DNA of 64,000 nucleotides from Candidatus Latescibacterota bacterium (GTDB taxonomy: Bacteria; Latescibacterota; UBA2968; UBA8231). Shown here piece by piece: positions 19,526 to 28,776 of this stretch (the stretch's first letter is position 1; each line of letters begins with the position of its first letter). The stretch spans positions 224,001 to 288,000 of the forward strand of contig OZ220090.1 in assembly GCA_964291625.2 (NCBI GenBank). The letters run 5' to 3'. A program made the position numbers and the translations under genes. The notes under the pieces are model-generated. The model saw only the letters and a program-made list of their open reading frames with translations. It searched no databases and had not been told where the DNA came from.

Positions 19526-20374
19526 GTGACCCTTCCCACCCGCACCCTCGGCCGCACCGGCGAGACGGTCACCGCCCTCGGCCTGGGCGGCGTCTGCTGG
19601 AACCTCGCCGACGAGGACGCCGAGGCCGTGGCCGTCGTCCACCGCGCCATCGATCTCGGCGTCACCTACCTCGACACCGCCTCCAAGTACAAGGAGAGCG
19701 AGCGCCGCCTCGGGCTGGCCCTGAGGGACCGCGACCGCGACGGGCTGTTCCTGGCCACCAAGTGCCTGGAGCGCTCCGGGGAGGCGGTGCGGCAGGAGAT
19801 CGCCGCCAGCTTCGAGCACCTCGGGGTGGAGCAGATCGACCTGATGCAGCTCCACGCCATCGACGAGGCCGGGACCCTCGAGGAGGTGCTGCGCCCCGAC
19901 GGCGCCCTGGGCGTGATCGAGGAGTACCGCCGGCAGGGCAGGATCCGCTTCGTCGGCCTCACCGGCCACACCCATCCGGCCCACTTCGTGCGCATGATCG
20001 GCGAGTACGACTTCGACACCGTCCTCAACCCCCTGGGCGCCGCCAACCGCGTCTGGAACGACTTCTCCTCCACCACCATCCCCGCCGCCCGCGCCCGCGG
20101 CATGGGGATCATGGCCATGAAGGTGATGGCCTACGGCCAGGTGCCGGCCGAGGACCGGGGGCTGTTCCTGCGCTACGCCATGGGTCTCGACCTCGACGTG
20201 GCCGTCGTCGGCATGGACACGGTGGAGCAGGTGGAGGAGAACGTGGCCCTGGCCGAGGCTTTCCCGCCGCTCACCAGTGCCGAGGAGGCACGGCTCTTCG
20301 ACGTCGCCGGACAGGTGGCGGCGGGGGACAAGAGCAAGCTGTTCTGGCTGCCCGAGACACGGGCCGCGGGCTGA
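19526..20374 (+). CDS. Aldo/keto reductase
   Basis: RTLGRTG, DTASKY..SE, ATK, DLMQLH and MAMKV. Confidence 0.92.
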   Translation: MTLPTRTLGRTGETVTALGLGGVCWNLADEDAEAVAVVHRAIDLGVTYLDTASKYKESERRLGLALRDRDRDGLFLATKCLERSGEAVRQEIAASFEHLGVEQIDLMQLHAIDEAGTLEEVLRPDGALGVIEEYRRQGRIRFVGLTGHTHPAHFVRMIGEYDFDTVLNPLGAANRVWNDFSSTTIPAARARGMGIMAMKVMAYGQVPAEDRGLFLRYAMGLDLDVAVVGMDTVEQVEENVALAEAFPPLTSAEEARLFDVAGQVAAGDKSKLFWLPETRAAG

Positions 20375-20386
20375 GGAGGAGGAGAG

Positions 20387-21238
20387 ATGGAGAAGCGCGA
20401 GTACGGCCGGACGGGCGAGAAGCTGTCCATCGTCGGCCTGGGCGGCATCCTGGTGAGCGGGGTCGATGCGGACGAGGCGAGGGGCCTGGTGGCCGAGGCG
20501 GTCGACCGCGGCGTCGACTACTTCGACGTGGCCCCCACCTACGGCAACGCCCAGGAGATGCTGGGCCCGGCCCTGGAGCCCTACCGCAAGGATGTCTTCC
20601 TGGCCTGCAAGACCACCGAGCGCACGGCGGACGGAGCGCGGCGCGAGCTGGAGGAGTCCCTGCGGCTGCTGCGCACCGACCACGTCGACCTCTACCAGCT
20701 GCACGCTGTCAACACCGACGAGGACTTCGATCAGGTCACAGGTCCGGGCGGCGCCCTGGAGCTGTTCCGCGAGGCCAGGGAGCACGGGATGACCCGCTAC
20801 CTCGGTTTCTCCTCCCATTCCTCGGAGACGGCCCTGCGCCTGATCGAGGCCGTGGACTTCGACTCGGTGCTCTTCCCCGTGAACTGGTGCACCTGGCTCG
20901 GGGCGGACTTCGGGCCCGCGGTGGTGGCCGCGGCCGAGGCCCGGGGGACGGCCCGGCTGGCGCTGAAGGCGCTGGCCCGCGGCAAGATGGCCGCCGGCGC
21001 CGAGCGCAGGTGGGCCAAGTGCTGGTACGAGCCGCTGGAGGACCGGGAGCTGGCCGACCTGGCCCTGCGCTTCGCCCTGTCGCAGCCGGTCACCGCGGCG
21101 ATCCCGCCGGGGGAGCCGGCCCTGTTCCGCATGGCCCTGGAGATCGCCGAGAGCTTCAGGCCGGTCACGGAGGAGGAGGTGGACCGGCTGAGGCGTGAGG
21201 CGGCTTCCGGCCGGCCGATCTTCGAGCTGGCCGCGTGA
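20387..21238 (+). CDS. Aldo/keto reductase
   Basis: YGRTG, DVAPTYG, ACKT and DLYQLH. Confidence 0.92.
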   Translation: MEKREYGRTGEKLSIVGLGGILVSGVDADEARGLVAEAVDRGVDYFDVAPTYGNAQEMLGPALEPYRKDVFLACKTTERTADGARRELEESLRLLRTDHVDLYQLHAVNTDEDFDQVTGPGGALELFREAREHGMTRYLGFSSHSSETALRLIEAVDFDSVLFPVNWCTWLGADFGPAVVAAAEARGTARLALKALARGKMAAGAERRWAKCWYEPLEDRELADLALRFALSQPVTAAIPPGEPALFRMALEIAESFRPVTEEEVDRLRREAASGRPIFELAA

Positions 21239-21301
21239 GTTGGCGGCCGCTGGTAGGCATGCGGGTCCGGGGTTACATTCGGCGCCAGGGCGATTAGCTC
21301 A
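21164..21301 (+). repeat. Direct repeat copy 1 (AKR 3' end, tRNA upstream region, tRNA 5' end)
   Basis: GTCACGGAGGAGGAGGTGGACCGGCTGAGGCG...CCGATCTTCGAGCTGGCCGC...GGGGTTACATTCG recurs at 21932-22063. Confidence 0.85.
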
Positions 21302-21364
21302 GCTGGTCAGAGCGCCTGCCTTACAAGCAGGAGGTCCCCCGTTCGAGCCGGGGATCGCCCACCA
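21288..21364 (+). tRNA. tRNA-Val (anticodon TAC)
   Basis: Cloverleaf with GGGCGAT/ATCGCCC acceptor stem, CCTGC-CTTACAA-GCAGG anticodon arm, TTCGA T-loop and encoded CCA. Confidence 0.96.
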
Positions 21365-21427
21365 GACTTCCCGCTGCAAACCCACCACATCCTGCGCCGC
21401 CGCTCCGGCGGCATGGCGCTCCGACGC

Positions 21428-21467
21428 GAGCCCCCGGGGACGGCCTTCCCGGGGGCTTGTTCGTTTC
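21428..21467 (+). terminator. Terminator downstream of tRNA-Val
   Basis: AGCCCCCGGG / CCCGGGGGCT stem followed by TGTTCGTTT. Confidence 0.7.
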
Positions 21468-21527
21468 CGTCGAGGAGGGCCATCCCGGGCGTCCGGTGGC
21501 GTGGAGGGCGCCACCTCTAGCCGGGGG

Positions 21528-21582
21528 TTGCATTGGAAATTAGTCAGGGCTAATTTACAGTTTCACCCATGGCTAATATTCT
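21528..21582 (+). promoter_or_regulatory. Tandem promoters with a palindromic operator
   Basis: TTGCAT-17-TAATTT and TTTACA-17-TATTCT. Palindrome AAATTAG-N6-CTAATTT at 21537-21556. Confidence 0.6.
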
Positions 21583-21632
21583 GCGGCCCCCTGACCGGCC
21601 TCGGAGCGACCTTCAACCTCGGTGACAAGCGG

Positions 21633-21842
21633 ATGGTTGCGATTCCCAAAGATTGGATCGAGCGGGCGGCTCGAGTCTACAAGAGCAACTCGGAAGCCAG
21701 CAAAGCCCTAGGGATCGCGTCGGGCAGCTTCGCCCGCCTGTGCCGCAAGTACGGCATCGAGACTCCCTACGCCCGCCAGGAAAAGGCGCGCCAGGAGGCC
21801 AGGTCCCGGCGGAAGTCCAAGGGGCGGGACCGCGGCCGGTGA
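21633..21842 (+). CDS. Small basic helix-turn-helix (Fis-like) protein, 69 aa
   Basis: SNSEASKALGIASGSFARLCRKYGI resembles an HTH. Basic C-terminal tail and AT-rich promoter upstream. Confidence 0.65.
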   Translation: MVAIPKDWIERAARVYKSNSEASKALGIASGSFARLCRKYGIETPYARQEKARQEARSRRKSKGRDRGR

Positions 21843-21931
21843 CACCTCCGGGAGGGATGCCCTGGGAAGGGATTCACGTCCGGCGCTGCACCTGCGGCAG
21901 TAAGGAGGACCTCCCCCGGGGGAACCACGTC

Positions 21932-22063
21932 GTCACGGAGGAGGAGGTGGACCGGCTGAGGCGGGAGGCAGTTGCCGGCAGACCGATCTTCGAGCTGGCC
22001 GCCTGAGCGCTGGTCGAGGCGCAGACCCGGGGGTTACATTCGCCGAGAAGGCGAGTAGATTCA
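21932..22063 (+). repeat. Direct repeat copy 2 (degenerate)
   Basis: Encodes VTEEEVDRLRREAVAGRPIFELAA, matching the AKR C-terminus, followed by GGGGTTACATTCG and a decayed tRNA 5' end. Confidence 0.85.
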
Positions 22064-22125
22064 TGAAATACGTGCCATTCTGGGCCTGACCACCCGCGTC
22101 CAGAGTCCAAACCTGATCGACGGGT

Positions 22126-22212
22126 AGTTGACGGAGCACGGGCGGTCGGCCCGTGCAGATTCCGTAACCCACTGATTTTTCTGTACTTGTCAAATTGACG
22201 GCCAATTGACTG
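22126..22212. mobile_element. att-site-like remnant (IHF-like site and arm-type repeats)
   Basis: AATCAGTGGGTTA (minus, 22165-22177) fits the IHF consensus WATCARNNNNTTR. Repeats AGTTGACGG, AATTGACGG and AATTGACTG. Confidence 0.45.
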
Positions 22213-22282
22213 GCGCAGCGACACCGCGTCCATCGAAGGACGGCGCACCGACCGGGGACCGGCCGTCCCCGGGCTCCGGGCC

Positions 22283-23092
22283 ATGAAGGAATTCCGCCTC
22301 GGGCGCCGGCGGCTCCTCTACTCCGACGAGGGTTCCGGCCAGACGCTGCTGCTGCTTCACGGCGCGGCGGCGGAGCATGACGAAGAGGAGTGGGACCATC
22401 AGTGGCCGGTCCTGGCCCCGGCCGGGTACCGGGTGGTGTTCCCGCTGCGCGCCGGACGCGGGGGCAGCGATCCCGACGGCCCGGTGACCCTGGCCAAGGA
22501 CGCCCGCGACGCCTGGGCCCTGCTCGACCACCTGGGACTCGAGGCAGCGGTGCTGATCGGGCACAGCGCCGGCGCCGCCGTGGCGCGGCAGATGTACCTC
22601 ACCCGGCCGGAAGGGGTGCGGGCGATTGTCAGCGTCGACAGTGCCGCCTTCGGCAAGTTCGACCTCCAGTCCGGGGCACCCGGCCCCGAGCGCTATGACG
22701 AGGCCACCCGCGCCCTGCACGCCAGGCACCGCCAGGCCCTGGCCGCCATGGGCCGCGAGTGGGACTATCCGAGCGATTTCAACGTCGACCGCCTGACCCG
22801 CCTCATGCGCTGGCGGCGGGCCTGTCCCGGCCGCTGGGGGGCGTCCCGGGGCCGACCCGATCCGGACGACCTCCCGGTCCCGGAGGGCCGCTGGTGCCGG
22901 GTGCCTCTGCTCGTCTTCGCCGCGGGGCGGGGCCGCGTGCGCCCCGGGGATCCCGAGGCCGCGGACCTGGCGCGGCGGCTGCCCGGCGGGAACGCCCACC
23001 TGGAGGTGGTCACCGCCAGCGGACACTACATCCATCAGGAGCAGCCCGAGGTGTTCAACGCGAGGCTGATCGATTTCCTGGCCGGCCTCTGA
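22283..23092 (+). CDS. Alpha/beta fold hydrolase
   Basis: LLLHG, GHSAG and SGHYIHQEQP. Confidence 0.88.
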   Translation: MKEFRLGRRRLLYSDEGSGQTLLLLHGAAAEHDEEEWDHQWPVLAPAGYRVVFPLRAGRGGSDPDGPVTLAKDARDAWALLDHLGLEAAVLIGHSAGAAVARQMYLTRPEGVRAIVSVDSAAFGKFDLQSGAPGPERYDEATRALHARHRQALAAMGREWDYPSDFNVDRLTRLMRWRRACPGRWGASRGRPDPDDLPVPEGRWCRVPLLVFAAGRGRVRPGDPEAADLARRLPGGNAHLEVVTASGHYIHQEQPEVFNARLIDFLAGL

Positions 23093-23228
23093 GACTCTGC
23101 GGGACCCCGGCCTCGGATGACGGCCGAGGAAGCCCTTCACGCTGGCGGTCTGGTCGAGGTAGCCGGCCCGGAGCGGATCCCCCTCGACCTGCCGCCGGCG
23201 GCAAGGTCCCGCGGGGGACGCGCCAGGC

Positions 23229-24293
23229 TCACTCCTCCGCCAGCCCGAGCTCGTCCATCAGTCTGCGCACCGGCGCCCAGATCCCGGGATCGATCCGCAA
23301 GCCCTCGGCCAGGGCCCGCTCCCGCTCCCGGTGGGCTCGCTCTCCCGGCACCAGGACCTCCTCGACCCCCGGCGCCGTCGGCAGCCCCTTGAGCCGCTTC
23401 ACGTACTCCTCCACCCGGTCGAGGAACCCCTCCCGCGACAGGAAGTGCCCGGGGTCGACGGCGAGGACGAAGAGCCCGTTGCGGTCGCTCGACTCCAGGT
23501 CGCCGGCGCTGCAGCCGGCCCCGCTCAGGGCGCCGGCGAGCACGTCCACGAGCAGGCTCAGGGCGAATCCCTTGTGTCCGGCGAGGAGCCCGCCCAGGGG
23601 CAGCAGGGCCGCCCTCGGCGGCACGTCCAGGGCGGCGGCGGGGTCGCTGCAGGGCTGTCCGGCCCCGTCGATGAGCCAGCCCTCCGGCGCCTCCCGCCCC
23701 TCGGCGGCCAGCATCTTCAGCCGGCCCGCGGCGGCGACGCTGGTGGACATGTCGATGACGATCGGCGCCGCGCCCCGCCGCGGGATTCCGGCGGCGAGGG
23801 GGTTGGTGCTGAGGAAGGGCTCGGTCGAGCCCCAGGGGGCCACGTTCGGGTTGCCGCCGGCGTCGTTGACCAGCAGCAGGCAGACGAACCCCTCCCGCGC
23901 CGGCTCGATGACGTAGCTGCCGAGGCGGGCCACGTCGGCGGCGCGGACGACGCTGACGCACCCGACGCCGCTGCCCGCGGCCATCTCGGTGGCGCGGCCC
24001 ACGGCCTCGGCGGCGCTCACCGGCCCCAGGCCGTGGCCGGCGTCGAGGTGCAGGGCCGAGGGGCTGCGGCGCAGGATCCGCGGCCGGACCCCCGGGTGGA
24101 TGCGTCCCTTGCGGATCGCCTCGACGTAGAGGGGCACCCGCATGACGCCGTGGGAGAGGTAGCCGGCCATCGTCGCCTCGAGAAGCACCTCGACGACGGT
24201 TTCGCGCTCTTCCCCGGATACGCCGGCGCGGGCGAAGATCCCGCCCATCAGCCGCGCGAGGGCGTCGCAGGTCAGGTGGACGGGCCCGGTCAC
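23229..24293 (-). CDS. Ldh2 (malate/lactate/ureidoglycolate dehydrogenase) family oxidoreductase
   Basis: SHGVMR, STNPLA, DMSTS, HKGFAL and VPGER. Confidence 0.9.
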   Translation of the reverse strand: MTGPVHLTCDALARLMGGIFARAGVSGEERETVVEVLLEATMAGYLSHGVMRVPLYVEAIRKGRIHPGVRPRILRRSPSALHLDAGHGLGPVSAAEAVGRATEMAAGSGVGCVSVVRAADVARLGSYVIEPAREGFVCLLLVNDAGGNPNVAPWGSTEPFLSTNPLAAGIPRRGAAPIVIDMSTSVAAAGRLKMLAAEGREAPEGWLIDGAGQPCSDPAAALDVPPRAALLPLGGLLAGHKGFALSLLVDVLAGALSGAGCSAGDLESSDRNGLFVLAVDPGHFLSREGFLDRVEEYVKRLKGLPTAPGVEEVLVPGERAHRERERALAEGLRIDPGIWAPVRRLMDELGLAEE

Positions 24294-25597
24294 GAGGTCG
24301 TCTCCCCCTCCATCGCCGACAGTTCCACGCCGACCTGCCGCTGGATGGCGAGGACGTACTCGTCCGTGGTGTGGCCCTCGACCCGGGTCTCGAAGCCGTA
24401 GTCGCCCCAGCCGCCGACGATCCGCGCCGCCACCCGCTTCTCCGGGTCGTTGAAGTGGTAGGGGTGGGTGCGGCGCAGGAAGTCGGGCAGGTCCTCCCCC
24501 TCGGTGCGGTAGAAGCCCGGGTTGGTCACCACCACCTGGGGCTCCTCGGTGGGCCGGGCCGGGCGCGCCGGGACCACGAGGTCGCCCATGAGCACCTCAG
24601 CCATCAGCTCCGGCGCCCAGTGGGTGACGGCGTAGGGCTCGCCCGGCTCGACCCAGGGCTCGATCTGGCGGGCCACGACCTCGAACTCGTGCCAGAGCCG
24701 CAGCTCGTCGAGCTGGTGGGGAGGCAGGGAGCTGACCGCCTCGTAGCGGGACCGGTCGCCGCCGGTGCGCAGGTGGTTGAAGACCATGAACCAGTTCACC
24801 AGGTCGCGCAGCCCCCGGGGGATCTTGGTGTACTCCTCGGCGGCGCGGGGGCTGCAGACGTCGACGAGCACGAGGTGGGGGGTCTCGGCGCTGAGGCGGC
24901 GGACGAAGTCGGGGGCGAAGCCGTTGCGCCAGAACCGGTCGACGTGGTAGGGGACGGTGAGCCGCATCGACCCGTGGGAGGGGACGCGCTCGTAGTGGAT
25001 GTCGAAGCCGTCGAGGTAGCGCTCGAGGGGCTCGACCACGAAGATGCGGCCGTAGCGGTCGTTGCCGAAGACGACCACGGGCCGCCGGGTGCCGGCGCGG
25101 AAGTCTCGCAGGAAGCGCAGCAGGCCGTGGGCCTCGTAGGCGGTGCGCTTCGCCTCGAGGCGGTCCGTCTCGTCCAGCTCGAAGGGTCCGGGCCGCACCG
25201 GCGGCGGGAGTGGAGTGAGGGCATCGAAAGCCCGACGGACCTCCACCGGCTCCTCGGGCCAGTCCCGCTGCCGCCGCGACTCGGCCGCGAAGCGGCGGAA
25301 CTCCAGCTCCCGCTGCAGCTCGCAGCCGGCGTCGAAGCGGCCCCGCCGGGTCTCCTTCCGGAGCCGGTCCAGCTCGCCGGTGAGGACCGCCACGTCGCCG
25401 CCGCCGGCGAGGTGGCGCACCAGGGCCGGCGTCAGGGTGACGCCGTCGTGGTTCTGTGTGGTCACCGAGGCCACCCAGGCGGCCACCTGCGACAGGCGGT
25501 CCCGGGCCTCGGCGGGGCTGCAGCCCTCGTCGAAGGGGGTGAGCTCCTCGGCGCTCATGCGGAGAGTGGTCAGAATCGGGTCGTCAGCGTCGAGCAT
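24290..25597 (-). CDS. Hypothetical protein
   Basis: 435-aa ORF with GC-rich codon pattern, overlapping both neighbours in operon fashion. Confidence 0.75.
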   Translation of the reverse strand: MLDADDPILTTLRMSAEELTPFDEGCSPAEARDRLSQVAAWVASVTTQNHDGVTLTPALVRHLAGGGDVAVLTGELDRLRKETRRGRFDAGCELQRELEFRRFAAESRRQRDWPEEPVEVRRAFDALTPLPPPVRPGPFELDETDRLEAKRTAYEAHGLLRFLRDFRAGTRRPVVVFGNDRYGRIFVVEPLERYLDGFDIHYERVPSHGSMRLTVPYHVDRFWRNGFAPDFVRRLSAETPHLVLVDVCSPRAAEEYTKIPRGLRDLVNWFMVFNHLRTGGDRSRYEAVSSLPPHQLDELRLWHEFEVVARQIEPWVEPGEPYAVTHWAPELMAEVLMGDLVVPARPARPTEEPQVVVTNPGFYRTEGEDLPDFLRRTHPYHFNDPEKRVAARIVGGWGDYGFETRVEGHTTDEYVLAIQRQVGVELSAMEGETTS

Positions 25598-26879
25598 CGT
25601 TCTCTCTCCAGCCGCCGACGAGTTCGTCGATGCCGAACCCGGCGGGCATGTGGCAGTGGAACTGGCGCAGTGGGCGGGACTCGAAGTCGGGCGGGCCGTC
25701 GGCCTCCGGGTTCAGCCCGGCGTGGACGGCGGCATGGCGAGCGTGCACCAGGGCGGCGTCGGCCGCCAGCCGCCGCTCCAGGGGCGCGAAGCGCTGGCCC
25801 AGGGCCTCGGCCTCCGACGCGTTGAACCGGCGGCCCATGGTCTCGAAGTACTCCCCCTTCTGGGGCCCGGCAAGCGCCGCGTGCCGCGCCGCAGTCTCCA
25901 TGGCCTGAACCTCCGGCGTGTGCAGGAGGCGGACCTTGGCGGCGATCCGGGCGAGGAGCACCACCGCGGTCATGCGCTCCTCGGGGCCAGGGTGCAGGCG
26001 GGCAACCTGCTCGCGGAACGCCGTGCCGTCTCCCTCGACGGCGGCGCGCAGGGCGGCCTCGATGTCGTCGAGCTCATGTTGGAGCAGCTCCACGGCGCGC
26101 TCGAAGTGGGCCCGCGCCCCCTCCGACAGGTGGCGGGTGAAGCCCAGGCCCACGTCCCACTCGGGGTAGTGGGCGTAGGGGAAGGTGCGGCCTCCGTGGG
26201 AGCGGAAGCCGAGGTGCAGGGTCCGCCGCAGCCGGCTCGAGTAGAAGCTGCCCCAGTGCATGACCAGGTTCGGGTAGACGACGCCGTCGCCGGCGGCCAG
26301 CTCCACCGGGACGCCGCCCTTCAGCCGGGATGTGGGGTCGAGCAGGAGTTGCCGCCGCTGCTCCTCGTCCGTGGGCCGGTCGTGGCTGCGCGGCAGCACC
26401 CAGAGCACGTCGTCGTCGTAGAGGGCGATGTTCCACTGCACGTACCCGGGCCGGTTGGCCATCAGGTCCCGCTGCAGGCCGCACAGCGGCGCCTGCTCGC
26501 TGGCGCTGGAGTCCCGGTGCCAGTCGGTGGGCCCGTGGTCGACGAGGCCGCTGCAGAGGATCTGCATGCTCGTGATGCAGCACTCCGGCGCCCCCAGGAG
26601 GCGGTCGCTGACGCCGTGGACCGCGGGGCCCAGCAGGAAGTCCACCAGGCCCGCCGTCTCCCCGTCCACCACGTCGTCGACGCTGACCCGCGGCTGGATC
26701 CCGGCGTACCAGTCGCCGCCCAGGGGCCCGCCGTCCCCGCGTCCGGCCTCGGAGCGTGCCTTGCAGCGGTCCACCAGGATCTCGGCCATGAGGCGCAGCT
26801 CCCCGAGCCGGCCGGGCGGGACCGCCTGCCGCACGATGAGATAGCCCTCCTCGAAGAGCTCGCCCTCGTCGATTTCCAC
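25584..26879 (-). CDS. Phytanoyl-CoA dioxygenase (PhyH) family protein with C-terminal extension
   Basis: EEGYLIV, WHRD, AGDGVV...MHWG and RRTLH. Confidence 0.8.
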   Translation of the reverse strand: MEIDEGELFEEGYLIVRQAVPPGRLGELRLMAEILVDRCKARSEAGRGDGGPLGGDWYAGIQPRVSVDDVVDGETAGLVDFLLGPAVHGVSDRLLGAPECCITSMQILCSGLVDHGPTDWHRDSSASEQAPLCGLQRDLMANRPGYVQWNIALYDDDVLWVLPRSHDRPTDEEQRRQLLLDPTSRLKGGVPVELAAGDGVVYPNLVMHWGSFYSSRLRRTLHLGFRSHGGRTFPYAHYPEWDVGLGFTRHLSEGARAHFERAVELLQHELDDIEAALRAAVEGDGTAFREQVARLHPGPEERMTAVVLLARIAAKVRLLHTPEVQAMETAARHAALAGPQKGEYFETMGRRFNASEAEALGQRFAPLERRLAADAALVHARHAAVHAGLNPEADGPPDFESRPLRQFHCHMPAGFGIDELVGGWRENDARR

Positions 26880-26941
26880 CCTTTCCCTTGTCCTTATCTT
26901 GTCGCGGCCCGGTCCCGCCGCCTCGAAGCCCGGAGACGCCC

Positions 26942-27988
26942 ATGCCCCTCGAGCTGATCGCCGACCGCCCCGGACACGCCCTCCTGCGAACCTACGAGGA
27001 GCCGCCCCTGGAGCCCGGCCAGGTGCGCGTGCGCAGCCTCTTCAGCGCCGTCAAGCACGGCACCGAGCTGCGCGGCTTCCGCGCCGACACGCCCGACGCC
27101 ACCGACCGCTGGGACGGCCGCCTGCGCCTGCACCGGCGGGGCGAGCCCGAAGCCTCCAGGTTCCCCCGGGCCCTGGGCAACATGTGCCTCGGCGAGGTCG
27201 TCGAGGCCGGCCCGGCCGTGGACCGCCTGAAGGTAGGCGACCGCGTCTTCGAGCACCTGCCCGTGCGCGAGACCCACACCGTCGAGGCCGGCCGCCTGCG
27301 CATCGCCCCCGGCGGCGTCTCCCCCCAGGCGCTGATGTACTGGGACCCGGCCGACGTCGCCCTCGGCGCCGTCCGCGACGGCCCGGTGCGGCTGGGCGAC
27401 CGCGTGGCCGTCTTCGGCCTCGGGGCGATCGGCCTCATGGCCGCTCAGTGCGCCCGGTTGTGCGGCGCCCGCTGGGTCGCCGCCGTCGACCCCATCGAGC
27501 GGCGGCGGCAGGCGGCCCGGCGCCACGGCGCCGACCTGGTGGTCGACCCGGCGGCCGCCGACGCCGGCGTGGAGATCAAGGAGCGGACGGAGGGCGCCGG
27601 CGCCGAAGTCGTCCTCGAGACCAGCGGCGCCTACGCCGCCTTCGAGGACGCCCTGCGCGCCTGCTGCTATGCCGGCTCGGTGGTCTCGTCCGCCTACTAC
27701 CACGGGGAGCAGAGCCTGAAGCTGGCCGGCGAGTGGCACCGCAACCGCATCCGGGTGGTCTCCAGCCGCGCCAACAGCGAGCCCCTGCCCCAGCCGGGAT
27801 GGACCTTCTCCCGCATCCAGTCCGAGTCCCTGGCCCTGCTGGTGGAGGGGCGTCTGCGGGCCGACGACCTCATCGACCCGGTGGTCGCCATGGAACAGGC
27901 GGCCGCGGCCTACCACGACATCGAGGCCCACCCCGAGCGCTCCATCAAGCTCGGCGTCGACCACACCGCGGGGGATTCCGCCGGGTGA
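26942..27988 (+). CDS. Zinc-binding alcohol dehydrogenase family (MDR) protein
   Basis: SAVKHGTE and GLGAIGL Rossmann motif. Confidence 0.88.
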   Translation: MPLELIADRPGHALLRTYEEPPLEPGQVRVRSLFSAVKHGTELRGFRADTPDATDRWDGRLRLHRRGEPEASRFPRALGNMCLGEVVEAGPAVDRLKVGDRVFEHLPVRETHTVEAGRLRIAPGGVSPQALMYWDPADVALGAVRDGPVRLGDRVAVFGLGAIGLMAAQCARLCGARWVAAVDPIERRRQAARRHGADLVVDPAAADAGVEIKERTEGAGAEVVLETSGAYAAFEDALRACCYAGSVVSSAYYHGEQSLKLAGEWHRNRIRVVSSRANSEPLPQPGWTFSRIQSESLALLVEGRLRADDLIDPVVAMEQAAAAYHDIEAHPERSIKLGVDHTAGDSAG

Positions 27989-28710
27989 GGGTCGCCGCCT
28001 GGCAGGCCCCGCTGCTGTCCTCCGGGTCGATGGAGGCCCTGCCCCTGATCCGGGAGCGGGTCGCCGAGTGCGAGCGGCGGGGGGTGGAGATCCTCTGCTG
28101 TCCGGAGGCGATCCTCGGGGGGCTGGCGGACTTCGCCCCGGAGCCGGGGGCCCTGGCCATCGACGCCGAGGGGGGAGAGCTGGAGCGCGTCCTGCAGCCC
28201 CTGGCCAGCGACCGGGTGAGCACCATCGTCGGCTTCACCGAGGCCGGCCCCCGGGGGCGCCTCTACTGCTCGGCGGCGGTCTTCCGGAGGGGCGCGGTGA
28301 CCGGCGTCTACCGCAAGACCCACCCCGCAATCCGCCGGTCCGTGTACAGCGCCGGCGACCGGACCCCCGTCTTCGATATCAACGGCCTGAGCTTCGGCAT
28401 CGTCGTGTGCTACGACACCAACTTCCGCGAGCCGGCGCGCACCCTCTGCGCCCGGGGGGCCTCCGTCCTCTTCGTCCCCACCAACAACGGCCTTCGCCCC
28501 GAAAAGGCGGACGTGGTGCCCCTGGCGCGCAGGGCCCAGGCGGAGCGGGCCGTGGAGAACAGGGTCCACGTCGTCGCCGCCGACGTGGCCGGCCGATGCG
28601 GGGATCATCTCTCGTGGGGGTCTTCGGGCGTCACCGCGCCCGACGGGACCCTGCTGGCCGCCGCCGAACCCCTGGCCGAGGAGCTGCTCGTGGTCGAGCT
28701 GGACCACTGA
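27985..28710 (+). CDS. Carbon-nitrogen hydrolase (nitrilase superfamily)
   Basis: Catalytic E-K-C motifs CPE, YRKTH and VCYD. GTGA overlap with the upstream gene. Confidence 0.88.
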   Translation: MRVAAWQAPLLSSGSMEALPLIRERVAECERRGVEILCCPEAILGGLADFAPEPGALAIDAEGGELERVLQPLASDRVSTIVGFTEAGPRGRLYCSAAVFRRGAVTGVYRKTHPAIRRSVYSAGDRTPVFDINGLSFGIVVCYDTNFREPARTLCARGASVLFVPTNNGLRPEKADVVPLARRAQAERAVENRVHVVAADVAGRCGDHLSWGSSGVTAPDGTLLAAAEPLAEELLVVELDH

Positions 28711-28776
28711 GGCTGTCCTAGGTCCGAGCTCTACGGTTGCGGGGCAGCGCTGGCCGGCCTGGCGAGAGCCCGGCGG

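Noticed and set aside
21857-22006. Small ORF ending in the AKR C-terminal peptide
   Set aside because: It is explained by the direct repeat and has no independent coding support.
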